This document shows positions 7,196-16,455 of a DNA stretch of 64,000 nt, in pieces (position 1 is the stretch's first letter; the number at the start of each line of letters is the position of its first letter). Below the pieces are notes generated by a model. The model made no database searches, was not told the DNA's origin, and worked only from the letters and a program-made list of their open reading frames with translations. Location of the stretch: IMG/VR virus record IMGVR_UViG_3300042549_005931, positions 205,134 to 269,133 of that record. One strand, written 5' to 3'. The position numbers and the translations under genes are program-made.

Positions 7196-7347
7196 GCAAG
7201 GATATGGACCGTCTTAGTGAAGACAATTACAAACAACGAAATGAATCTTATATTCAGAGACTTCGAGATGAACGTGAAGAGAAATTAAAGAAACGTTATG
7301 AAGAATTGAGAGGAACAAAACTGGAAGAAAAAAAAGAAGATAAATGA
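7192..7347 (+). CDS. small charged protein (51 aa)
   Basis: ATGA overlap with the previous stop; MSKDMDRLSEDNY... Confidence 0.55.
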   Translation: MSKDMDRLSEDNYKQRNESYIQRLRDEREEKLKKRYEELRGTKLEEKKEDK

Positions 7348-7394
7348 TTTCGTATTTTAAAATTTTTTATTTATATTTTTAAAAAATAAGAAAT

Positions 7395-7604
7395 ATGAAA
7401 TGTATCAAAAGTAAAGACGGTGAGATTCGTCGAGTGTCAGATGTAGATGCTGACAACAAAGTTAAAGTACATGGATGGAAGTTTGTACCGAAGTCTGAAT
7501 GGAAATTAAACGTAAGAGGTTCGGTAAATGTTAAACAAAACGCACCGAAAGAAAAGAAAGAAAAAGTAGTTAGTGAGTACAAAGAAAAAAAATCAAAAAA
7601 ATAA
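7395..7604 (+). CDS. small basic hypothetical protein
   Basis: 69-aa ORF. Confidence 0.6.
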   Translation: MKCIKSKDGEIRRVSDVDADNKVKVHGWKFVPKSEWKLNVRGSVNVKQNAPKEKKEKVVSEYKEKKSKK

Positions 7605-7636
7605 TTTAATATATTTTGTTTTTTAAATTTTTTTTC

Positions 7637-7692
7637 GTAAGTTTGTAAAAGAAATCACAACGGTGGTTTTTTAAAAGAGAAAGTTCTTTGAA
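7637..7692 (+). promoter_or_regulatory. Bacteroidota promoter plus boxB-like hairpin and boxA-like element
   Basis: TAAGTTTG 7637-7644; AAATCAC/GTGGTTT hairpin; AGTTCTTTGAA 7682-7692. Confidence 0.55.
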
Positions 7693-7699
7693 TTAAAGA

Positions 7700-8470
7700 T
7701 ATCGGCGGTCTATAGTCGTTAAATAAACTACGAAAGTAGGATAAAGTGAATCGAAAGTTATAAACGGTTTGCGGTTTCGGTAACGGAACTCGAGTAGACA
7801 AGCAAGACATCATCTGTCCTTAGTTCCGAGGGTAACACTGTAGGAAATGGATAGGTGACTTGGCAATCTGAGTTGTCAAGTTGAGGTGGGAACACTAATA
7901 AGAGTAACTTGTGGAACTTTACAAGAAATGGGACCTCCAATCTCACTATTGTGTTGTTCAATATCATGGGTACCTTAAAATCGAAAGGTATGGTGAAGTA
8001 CGAGTGGTGTCGTTATCATCCTTAATAAAACCCTACCAAGAGTTTTATTTTGAAGGTGTCCAAAAGTATGGAGGTTGGGAGACTTCAGAGAGTAGTTTAG
8101 TATTCTGTTGTTCAAAAGATAATGGAGCTGGCAGACGGGCCACTACTTTCAAGATTCGGAAACAAAAAACCCTTACAATGGTGTAAATCAAAAAAAAGGA
8201 AAAGTGCTCGTCAGTCGTTGGAAACAGGTGACTACATAGTCGTGAGATGTTCACGGCCATAGAAGACCCCAAGTCCGATATGATTTTTGAGAAAAGTTCT
8301 ATATAGTGCGGCGGTATTGTATAGAGAAGAGTAACGAGAGAGTATTCAACGACTTAAGGATTGGTTAATCTAATTGACCGTCACTGATTGGTACAGTTCA
8401 AAAGACTGTGGATAAGAGAAGAATCAATAATGTCTCTAAAGTCAATCACAAAATGGTGTAATCTCAGCCA
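7700..8470 (+). ncRNA. giant structured ncRNA, probably GOLLD (ROOL as alternative)
   Basis: ~770 nt without a credible ORF, many hairpins and GNRA loops, own promoter and terminator, next to a phage tRNA array; assigned from recall, needs Infernal. Confidence 0.65.
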
Positions 8471-8547
8471 AATTAAAAAGACATTTTTAGGTTTCTTGGA
8501 ACCATAATAATCCAAGTGGTGGAATTAACCTTAATCGGTTGGCCCTT

Positions 8548-8576
8548 AGGGATGGAGAAATCTATCCCTTTTTTTA
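8548..8576 (+). terminator. intrinsic terminator
   Basis: AGGGATGGA-GAAA-TCTATCCCT plus T-run. Confidence 0.85.
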
Positions 8577-8603
8577 TTCATTTATTTTATTTATATTTGT
8601 TTT

Positions 8604-9350
8604 ATGAGAATCGTTTGTATTTCTGACACCCATGACCTTCATCAAAAGATGACACATAAGTTACCGAAAGGTGATGTGTTAATCCATGCGGGTGATGTTA
8701 GTAATATTGGAGAACAACCCGATGTAACACGATTTATTCATTGGTTCATGAATATTGAAGGATATGATTCTAAAATATTTATTGCCGGTAATCACGACTT
8801 TGCATTTGAGAGAATTAATGAACCACACCATAAAGGTGATTTTGAATGGTTATCTAATTTAATCAATGAAGAAAATCTATCTCAATCTAATGTAACATAT
8901 TTGGAAGATAATTTCATTACCATTGAAAGTCCTGAATTCTCAAGACCAATTAAGATTTATGGTAGTCCTTGGCAACCTGAATTTTATAATTGGGCATTTA
9001 ACTTACCACGTGGTGGTGATGATATGTTTGAGAAATGGAATATGATACCCGATGATACAGATGTATTAATCACACACGGACCGGCAGAGAATGTTAGGGA
9101 CTTTGTTCCTAATGGTCAAATCGTTGGTTGTGGTATGTTAAGACATCGTATTGAAACAATTAGACCGGCATTACATGTATGTGGTCACATACATTACGCA
9201 TACGGTGTGTCTTTAGTTAATAGTATTATGTATGTGAATGCGGCAATATGTGATGAAAGATATTCACCATCAAATAAACCTATTGTCATTGACCTAAAAG
9301 AAGTTGATGGCGAGATTTTAGCTTACTTAGTAGAAGATGAATCCAATTAG
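8604..9350 (+). CDS. calcineurin-like metallophosphoesterase
   Basis: SDTH, HAGD, AGNHD, THGP and GHIH motifs. Confidence 0.92.
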   Translation: MRIVCISDTHDLHQKMTHKLPKGDVLIHAGDVSNIGEQPDVTRFIHWFMNIEGYDSKIFIAGNHDFAFERINEPHHKGDFEWLSNLINEENLSQSNVTYLEDNFITIESPEFSRPIKIYGSPWQPEFYNWAFNLPRGGDDMFEKWNMIPDDTDVLITHGPAENVRDFVPNGQIVGCGMLRHRIETIRPALHVCGHIHYAYGVSLVNSIMYVNAAICDERYSPSNKPIVIDLKEVDGEILAYLVEDESN

Positions 9351-10002
9351 TGTAGTTATCTCAACAAGAGAAATTGATAATGATTATTTGAAACATGTTA
9401 GTAAGGTGTTTTCACATCCTAAAACTGAAATCATTATTTACGAAAACCAAGGTGATTTTTCGTTACCTGAATTGTATAATAAGGGATTAAAGGATTCAAA
9501 AAATGAGGTTGTTGTGTTCATGCACGATGACCTCATCATTGAAACACCTAATTTAACCCCCAAAATCTTACGACTGTTCAACGATAATCCTGAGTATGGT
9601 ATAATCGGTGTTGCCGGTACTGATAATCTCCTGAGTGGAATGTGGTGGCAAGATAGAGAATCTATGCAAGGTCAAGTCGGTCATGAACATGAAGGAAGAA
9701 AACATACCAACAAATACTCCGGTACATTTGGTGAAAACTTAAAAGAAGTTGTTGTAATTGATGGTTTGTTTATGTGTATTCATAAGGAGAGAATTAAACA
9801 TAACTTCAACGAACAATTTGAAGGATTTCACTTCTACGATTTACCAATCTGTTTGGAGAATTATCTTGACGGAGTAAAAATTGGTGTAACAACCAAAATT
9901 AAATTAACACATAAGTCAATTGGTGTTACAAATAAAAAGTGGGAGAAAAATAAGTTGTTATTTGAAGCTCTATATGAGAAGAAATTACCAATTAAGATTT
10001 AA
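9337..10002 (+). CDS. GT2-like glycosyltransferase
   Basis: YNKG...VVVFMHDD...VVIDGLFM...FHFYDL. Confidence 0.8.
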   Translation: MNPISVVISTREIDNDYLKHVSKVFSHPKTEIIIYENQGDFSLPELYNKGLKDSKNEVVVFMHDDLIIETPNLTPKILRLFNDNPEYGIIGVAGTDNLLSGMWWQDRESMQGQVGHEHEGRKHTNKYSGTFGENLKEVVVIDGLFMCIHKERIKHNFNEQFEGFHFYDLPICLENYLDGVKIGVTTKIKLTHKSIGVTNKKWEKNKLLFEALYEKKLPIKI

Positions 10003-10037
10003 CCCTAATAATCAAATATTTATATATAAAAAACATT

Positions 10038-10289
10038 ATGAAAAAATTAATAGAATTTATTAAAAACCTTTTTGTTAAAGTTGATAAGATTGAACAAGAA
10101 GTAGAACAAATGGTTGAAAAAAGTAATGCTTCACCTGAAACTAAAGTTAAACTTAAAAAAGAGTTAAAGAAAATTGATGCGGTTGAAGAACAAGCTAAAG
10201 AAGCCGTTATTGACGCTGTCGAGAAAGTTGAAGTGGCAGTTGAGGTTGTAAAGAAAAAGAAACGTTATTACAGACCAAAGAAAAAATAA
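10038..10289 (+). CDS. hypothetical coiled-coil protein with basic tail
   Basis: 83-aa ORF; TATTTATA at 10017-10024. Confidence 0.7.
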   Translation: MKKLIEFIKNLFVKVDKIEQEVEQMVEKSNASPETKVKLKKELKKIDAVEEQAKEAVIDAVEKVEVAVEVVKKKKRYYRPKKK

Positions 10290-10335
10290 ATTGGTATAGT
10301 AAAATATTTTACATACATTTGTAAAACATTTACAT

Positions 10336-10737
10336 GGGGATGACCGGCATTTGACTGGCGTTTGTATTGTAAGTGGGCACGTAGTCAGACTTCATCTATG
10401 ACTTAAATAAACGGTGGAAACTTTTAGACGGCAACGTTTACAAAAACATGGAAATTGCGGGTATTCTTGCAACTTCTAACGTAGCAGTAGCCTAAGGCAA
10501 ACCTACAACGGGTCGACTGACATATAACCTAGGAACAGAAGTCTTCAAAGTGTGATACCACTCAGAGTGTCAAAGGTCTCGTTCAGAGTGCTACCTTAAG
10601 TGAACTCGACACAGTTATTGGTAACGATGTCAAAATAGGAACCAATTATTTGTCTATTGAGAACTAATAGAATAAACGTGTAGTCCATTTATTATTCGGC
10701 GGACAGGACCAGGGTTCGAATCCCTGCATCTCCACCA
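10336..10737 (+). ncRNA. ssrA: tmRNA; predicted tag (A)GNVYKNMEIAGILATSNVAVA
   Basis: GGGGATG/CATCTCC-ACCA with G3.U70 pair, T-arm GGTTCGAATCC, internal tag ORF 10430-10495. Confidence 0.93.
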
Positions 10738-10741
10738 AAAC

Positions 10742-10769
10742 AAAAACCCATCATTTGATGGGTTTTTTT
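10742..10769. terminator. bidirectional terminator
   Basis: AAAAACCCATC-ATTT-GATGGGTTTTTT. Confidence 0.85.
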
Positions 10770-10779
10770 ATATCTTTAT

Positions 10780-10895
10780 GTTCTCAGGTCCTATAACGAC
10801 CAAAAGGTCCGAAGACCCTTTTGTCGAGATTTAAGAACACCTCCTTTTCGTTTATAAAAGTTATCGTCTAACGGCGACCAAACCAATCAGACTCT
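10780..10895 (-). ncRNA. putative small structured RNA
   Basis: Minus strand has a cUUCGg hairpin and further stems, no ORF; sense TATTTATA motif at 10898-10905. Confidence 0.45.
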
Positions 10896-10913
10896 CTTAT
10901 AAATATCGCAAAA

Positions 10914-10944
10914 AAAAGAGTTAGACGATTTATCTAACTCTTTT
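10914..10944 (-). terminator. intrinsic terminator
   Basis: AAAAGAGTTAGA/TCTAACTCTTTT. Confidence 0.8.
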
Positions 10945-10960
10945 AATGAAAAAAATTCAA

Positions 10961-13105
10961 TTATCTTTTTTGCCAAACATAACGAGCACCCTTGTCTGTG
11001 GCAGTCACATTAGAAGGGTCATATTCCATTTTATCTAAATACCTATCAAGTTTTTGTTTTTCTGACGGTTCAAGTGCCGGACCATTATATGCTGTTCTAC
11101 CAAGTACACCTGTTGCATTAAACAAACCATTCTGAACTAATGAATTATAATATGCGGCATCTGTCATACCTTCAGATGCCGATGCTCCCGACGCTGATGT
11201 ATTTGCACTTGGTATTTTAGGAAGGTCAACCGATTTCATTTGAATTGGAGTTCTTAAGTATTTAACATCAGCACCACCCTCAGTTGAAGTTGCTGTTTGT
11301 GCAACACTACCTTGTTTACAATCTGCCATTACTTTATCATATATAGCTTTAGTAATACCATTTTTTACATCATGTCCCTTTTCAATTAATTTATTACGAG
11401 TATTAGGTCCAAATTTACCATCAGATGAAAGGCCTAAACATGCTTGAATCTGTGCGATTTTTTGGTCTTTACATCCGTATGTTAATGGAGTAGTTTCAAT
11501 ATTTACATTCGAACAATCATAATATGTTCTACGAGTGGTACTTCCACCACCTCCTGAGTTTCCGTCTCCACCACCTGGTTTTCTGTCTTTGTCCCATACA
11601 ATTTTTAAATCACTTTCTTCACTTTGTTCACCAATAATGTTTACTTTTCTTGGTGATTGTTGTTGGTTAGGGTTGGTTTGTGTGGGTGTTACTGGTACAA
11701 CTTTACCACTTTCAATTTGGTCAAGTAATGCAATTAATTTTTCCTTTAATCTTACCGAACCTGGTTGAGATGTATATATCATCTTTAATGTTGTACGTAA
11801 ACTTGTATTTAAAAAATGTCCAGATTTTTCATAATAATGTAAAAAATCTTGAACTTTAGGACTAGTTGAATACTTAACTAATAAATTATATGCCTTTTGT
11901 AAATCACTTTGACTTACCGGAAAATCTAAAAAGTCAATCATATAATTAACATCCCTATCAACCTCAACGTCAGATTGCTCCATTAAGTATCTTTCATTCA
12001 ATACTCTTTTCACGATTTGACTCAGACTTTCATTTACTTGAGTTTTACCCATGTTTTCGTTTGTTTGAGCTTTACCAGCGGTACATGTCCATGTACCCAT
12101 ATCTTTATTTTGAAGATTCATTATTCTACCATTAGGATAAAATCGTAATCCACTTGGATACTTTTCAGAAGCTGGTGTAGTTACACCAACTTGTCCCGAT
12201 TTTGTTGTTGAAAGTTGTGCTTGTTTATTTTTAAGCATTGATGTTAAACAAGGACCCCAATTTGTTGGGGAAGTGTCTTCTATTGGGTTTCCATTTTCAT
12301 CAACAAGTACTACCGCAGTATCGTCAGTTGATTGATAGAAATAATAAAGTGCCGCTGCCCCTAATCCCACAGCTGTAAGTGTTGATAACATCTTATTATT
12401 TACAACTACTTTTTTAACTCTACCAGGGAATTTCATTAACCCTTCTTTAGTAGTTTTAAAAATACCTTTTACTGTTTTAATTACCACATTATTACCAAGA
12501 CCCTTGGCAATATTTGCTCCAGTACCTGTTGTTACTTTTGCATCTTTAGCAAGTAGTTTTTGGACTTGATTAATACTAATCTTATCCATACCCGAAATTG
12601 TTTTCTGAGCGTTAGCCCATTTTGACTGCATTTTACTTGCATTTTGAAATTCCTTGGTTGCCAATGATATATCTTTACTTGTGGCATTAGCATCTTTTGA
12701 TACTTTATTAATGTTACTTTTAGCGGCCTTAACATCAGCGGAGGCTAAACCTTTAGTATTTGCTGCTGTTTCAGCTATCTGTCTTTCTATACCTTCTTGT
12801 ACACTGTCCACCAATTTTTGTGCTTCGTTTTTATTAACTTTAACCAAATCATCAAACGACATTTTATGTTTTACTCTACACGCTTCTTGTGTTAATTCCT
12901 TAAGTGATTGTGCATATTCAGGAGTTTTACGGAATGAAGCTGCGGTAAATTTCTTACCACTTTTAACAACGTCATTTAATGCTTTATTTATTGCAGCTTC
13001 GGCTGCTGCACCAATTGTACTCTTAAAATTTTTACCAAATATTGAACTTATAAATTTTTGGAGAGCTCCTTCATTTAATAGTACTGATGTTTTATTGTTT
13101 TCCAT
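10961..13105 (-). CDS. large putative virion protein (Ala/Lys-rich N-half, one TM segment, PG-binding-like patch)
   Basis: 714 aa; several L/I-x-E motifs; SSDGKFGPNT resembles a PG-binding motif. Confidence 0.6.
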   Translation of the reverse strand: MENNKTSVLLNEGALQKFISSIFGKNFKSTIGAAAEAAINKALNDVVKSGKKFTAASFRKTPEYAQSLKELTQEACRVKHKMSFDDLVKVNKNEAQKLVDSVQEGIERQIAETAANTKGLASADVKAAKSNINKVSKDANATSKDISLATKEFQNASKMQSKWANAQKTISGMDKISINQVQKLLAKDAKVTTGTGANIAKGLGNNVVIKTVKGIFKTTKEGLMKFPGRVKKVVVNNKMLSTLTAVGLGAAALYYFYQSTDDTAVVLVDENGNPIEDTSPTNWGPCLTSMLKNKQAQLSTTKSGQVGVTTPASEKYPSGLRFYPNGRIMNLQNKDMGTWTCTAGKAQTNENMGKTQVNESLSQIVKRVLNERYLMEQSDVEVDRDVNYMIDFLDFPVSQSDLQKAYNLLVKYSTSPKVQDFLHYYEKSGHFLNTSLRTTLKMIYTSQPGSVRLKEKLIALLDQIESGKVVPVTPTQTNPNQQQSPRKVNIIGEQSEESDLKIVWDKDRKPGGGDGNSGGGGSTTRRTYYDCSNVNIETTPLTYGCKDQKIAQIQACLGLSSDGKFGPNTRNKLIEKGHDVKNGITKAIYDKVMADCKQGSVAQTATSTEGGADVKYLRTPIQMKSVDLPKIPSANTSASGASASEGMTDAAYYNSLVQNGLFNATGVLGRTAYNGPALEPSEKQKLDRYLDKMEYDPSNVTATDKGARYVWQKR

Positions 13106-13123
13106 GTTTATATTTTTATTTTT

Positions 13124-14266
13124 TTATTTTATTCCTGCCATTTGTAGTATTAAGTCACCTTCCTCATCTGAAAATTTAGCCTTTCCTAAACCTGTCATCT
13201 TTTGTAATTTTTGGTCAAATGATGCAATTGCTGTACCTACTTTATTCCCCTTATCAACTGTACTTATTCCGTGTTCAACACCTTTACCCACACCATAAAC
13301 CGCAACACCTGTTGCGGTTGCTTTTGCACCTTCTTTAGAGAATAATTTACTTAAGAAAGCTGAAAATTTAGTTAATACATTATCAATAAATCCTAAAATT
13401 TTAGATATAACACCAGTCGAACTTTTTCCTAATTTTTTTGATAATGTGTTAGCTACACTTTTTAATTGACCCTTTAAAGATGGAATTTTTGTTGCCAATG
13501 ATTCAAGCATCTTTACCATTGTTGGGGCGGCTTTTTTTACACCTTTTTTAGCTATTGCTGGTACCGTTTTTCTAAATGCTAAAGCCGCACCACCCGTAAA
13601 AACACACCCAATTAAATCGGCGATTAAGAAGAAAAACGGCATTTGCATTCTTCCTGGGTCTTGTGGGTCATAATCTCCAGTACCAATTTCGTATATATCT
13701 AATAGTACAACCACAAACCACACAATTGCGTTTGTCTTTGCGGCTAATATTGAAACAATAACGTCAATTACAATACCAACACCCGTATAAAGTCCACGTC
13801 TTACCCACCTTAATGCCGGTAGAACACCCTGATTAAATACCGTTTTTGCAGTTTCTATTGCCGCAGAACCTAATGTGGAACCAATATTTTTAATCCCTGA
13901 GGTTATTGAATCCCAAATACCTTCCGAAATAACTCCTTTGTCGGCAATCCATTCGGAAACTAATTCTTTTTTCCATACGATTGATTCCACAATATTGTTA
14001 ATGTTAACTTTAACTTCCTCATTTAAAGTTTCCATTTTGGAAATTGATTCGTTAATTAGTTCATTAAAAATATATGTATGTTCCCAAATTGAACCAATTG
14101 TATTTCCGTCACCACCTGCAACAAATACATTGTCCATGATGATTACATATTTTTCATTTTCAGTCAATACAAAATCGAACACAAAGTCTTTTGATTTTTT
14201 GGGCTCATATAAAGACCTAATTCTATCTCTTTCAGATTCCGTAATTATCATTTTTTGACGTACCAT
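13124..14266 (-). CDS. putative virion/membrane protein with IITESE leader
   Basis: 380 aa with hydrophobic helices. Confidence 0.65.
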   Translation of the reverse strand: MVRQKMIITESERDRIRSLYEPKKSKDFVFDFVLTENEKYVIIMDNVFVAGGDGNTIGSIWEHTYIFNELINESISKMETLNEEVKVNINNIVESIVWKKELVSEWIADKGVISEGIWDSITSGIKNIGSTLGSAAIETAKTVFNQGVLPALRWVRRGLYTGVGIVIDVIVSILAAKTNAIVWFVVVLLDIYEIGTGDYDPQDPGRMQMPFFFLIADLIGCVFTGGAALAFRKTVPAIAKKGVKKAAPTMVKMLESLATKIPSLKGQLKSVANTLSKKLGKSSTGVISKILGFIDNVLTKFSAFLSKLFSKEGAKATATGVAVYGVGKGVEHGISTVDKGNKVGTAIASFDQKLQKMTGLGKAKFSDEEGDLILQMAGIK

Positions 14267-14267
14267 A

Positions 14268-14540
14268 TTATTTTAATTGATTTGCTTTACCTCTCTTTAA
14301 TGTGGAACCTACAATGTCAGACCATTTAGTCACACCAATTTGATTGGCAGGACCTCTTGTAAGACCACTTTCCCACTTACCAACTGATGGATAACCTTGA
14401 CCACCAGATTGAGTACTTGATGTGCCTGCACTTGGTGTAGAAGAAACAGGTTCAGCTTCCGATTGTTCATCAATTTCTTGATTTTGAACTTCGTTTGAAA
14501 GGATTAACTTTAACTGTTTTTCGGTTATGATATATTCCAT
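14268..14540 (-). CDS. small protein with IITEKQ leader
   Basis: Restarted at MEYIITEKQLKLILSNE. Confidence 0.7.
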   Translation of the reverse strand: MEYIITEKQLKLILSNEVQNQEIDEQSEAEPVSSTPSAGTSSTQSGGQGYPSVGKWESGLTRGPANQIGVTKWSDIVGSTLKRGKANQLK

Positions 14541-14613
14541 AGTTAATAAATATCGACAAATCTCTTTGTGGTTTATATAAAATATGTAATTTTGTAAAAA
14601 ATATAAACATAAC

Positions 14614-15189
14614 ATGAAAAAATTACTGTTATTTTCATCATTATTACTATCAGGATGTCAAGTATATGAGTTTCCAAACGAGACACCGAGGTTGACAGGA
14701 GGTAAATGGGTATTATCAAACTACGATATTGTTGTAATTAATTCAATATCTAATGTTACTGTTATTAAAAACGATACTGTTTGTATCAACGCATTTAATG
14801 GGCAGAGTTATGTTAGTGGAAATGTTTTGATGAAACAATTTTATAACCAAACGGCAAAAGACAGAAGATTTGTAATTGGTAAAACAACTTGGGAATTTGA
14901 CAGTAACAGTAATCACTTATATTGTGATTTTATGGATAAAAATGGTTCATTAATGCCTACACATAATCCATATTGGGTTAACATGTCAGGATATACAAGA
15001 AATATATCAATAAGTAATGTTGAAAATGGTGGTGTAACAAATTATACGTTTGAAACAAACACTGTTGGTGTAAACCCACCTAAAATATTAAAATTATTGA
15101 GTCCCGAAATTGTAACTGATTTATATGTTGATGGTGGTAAAAGAGATAAGGGTGTGACAGTTAGAATACTATTAACCTTTATGAGATAA
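14614..15189 (+). CDS. putative lipoprotein
   Basis: LLLSGC lipobox; TAATTTTG promoter element upstream. Confidence 0.7.
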   Translation: MKKLLLFSSLLLSGCQVYEFPNETPRLTGGKWVLSNYDIVVINSISNVTVIKNDTVCINAFNGQSYVSGNVLMKQFYNQTAKDRRFVIGKTTWEFDSNSNHLYCDFMDKNGSLMPTHNPYWVNMSGYTRNISISNVENGGVTNYTFETNTVGVNPPKILKLLSPEIVTDLYVDGGKRDKGVTVRILLTFMR

Positions 15190-15190
15190 A

Positions 15191-15562
15191 TTACTCATCA
15201 TATATAGTTTCATCTAACCTTGAAAACATCTTGATAAACTGACCCGCCTTAGCGTTTGCCTCGTCTTCAATCTCACCACCAATATCCGGTGGTTTTGGTC
15301 CATCTAAACGACCATCTTCAAATTGTTTGTGATGTACGAGTTCATGTGCAATACTTCTCATCACATCGACTAACGCACGATTCTTACCGTATACCTTAAC
15401 GACTTTGTTTTCTTGTCTGTAATCGTAATTTGCGGTGGTTTTAAGACCATCTCTTGTTGCCTTCACTAATATCTCCGGCATATTTTTAATGTCTAACTCC
15501 TTTTTAACGAATTTAACAAATTCACTTAACTTATTTTCTTTCTTCTCGTCTAAAAAACTCAT
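15191..15562 (-). CDS. HExxH metallopeptidase-like protein
   Basis: AHELVHHKQ...EDEANA; restarted at MSFLDE. Confidence 0.7.
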   Translation of the reverse strand: MSFLDEKKENKLSEFVKFVKKELDIKNMPEILVKATRDGLKTTANYDYRQENKVVKVYGKNRALVDVMRSIAHELVHHKQFEDGRLDGPKPPDIGGEIEDEANAKAGQFIKMFSRLDETIYDE

Positions 15563-15632
15563 ATTAATAAATATAGAAAAATATATAAAATGATTATACA
15601 AAAAAATAACTATATTATGTATAATTAACGAT

Positions 15633-15959
15633 ATGATAGATTGGTATACTATAGAGTACTTGTACCCTAAGGCATTTAAAGAATTTAGTAAGAAGATGTT
15701 CCCTAATGTTGGGGTATTGAGTATATCGTCATTGGAGTTTTATGATACAAAGAAATTATATCATTTCTTTGATAAGGAAGGTGTTTATATGACAATTGAA
15801 ATGTATAATCCAAAACAATGGGTATTTTCCATATCATTACATAGTGGTATCGTATTAGGTCCAAGACAAGAATCTAAAACTACAAGAGAAGAGACAGAAC
15901 TTGATGGTTTTATTGAATGTTTTAAAGTTTTAGATAACTTAATTAAAGATAAAAAGTAA
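15633..15959 (+). CDS. hypothetical protein
   Basis: 108-aa ORF. Confidence 0.7.
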   Translation: MIDWYTIEYLYPKAFKEFSKKMFPNVGVLSISSLEFYDTKKLYHFFDKEGVYMTIEMYNPKQWVFSISLHSGIVLGPRQESKTTREETELDGFIECFKVLDNLIKDKK

Positions 15960-15961
15960 TT

Positions 15962-16258
15962 ATGGATATGTCTATTAATTTCTTATTGCAAGCAACCAGA
16001 GTATTGAACTTTGGTCATTATGACGAGGTTGAACTATCAATGACGTATAATTATATTACTGCACTTGACAATGAGATACTAAATGATTATTTTAATACAT
16101 GTACAATACTATCATATGATAATGACCTCGAATTATATATTGAGATTGTTGAAACATTAATCTTAGTGTTTGAAGAAAGAGAAGAATATGAAAAATGTGC
16201 AAAACTAAAACGTAAAAAAGAAGAATCAATAAAAATAATCAATACAAACAAAATATAA
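15962..16258 (+). CDS. hypothetical protein with UVR-like C-terminal motif
   Basis: EEREEYEKCAKLK. Confidence 0.65.
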   Translation: MDMSINFLLQATRVLNFGHYDEVELSMTYNYITALDNEILNDYFNTCTILSYDNDLELYIEIVETLILVFEEREEYEKCAKLKRKKEESIKIINTNKI

Positions 16259-16259
16259 T

Positions 16260-16355
16260 ATGGGTACAATTTTTCCTTGGTTTTTTTCATTTGCATTTGT
16301 TATCACGGGTTGCATTGTTATAATGATTGTCGATTATATCACTAAAAAAAGATAA
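16260..16355 (+). CDS. 31-aa single-TM peptide
   Basis: MGTIFPWFFSFAFVITGCIVIMIVDYITKKR*. Confidence 0.45.
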   Translation: MGTIFPWFFSFAFVITGCIVIMIVDYITKKR

Positions 16356-16455
16356 AATATAACCAAGTTATTATTTTAAATTTCTATATATTATAGCAAT
16401 AATATAATAATCAATAAATAGTTTTATTATATTTATGTATATATAAAATATACAA

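Noticed and set aside
7758-8272. ORFs 7758..7967, 7911..8186 and 8045..8272
   Set aside because: They lie inside the giant structured RNA, overlap each other and have no protein-like features
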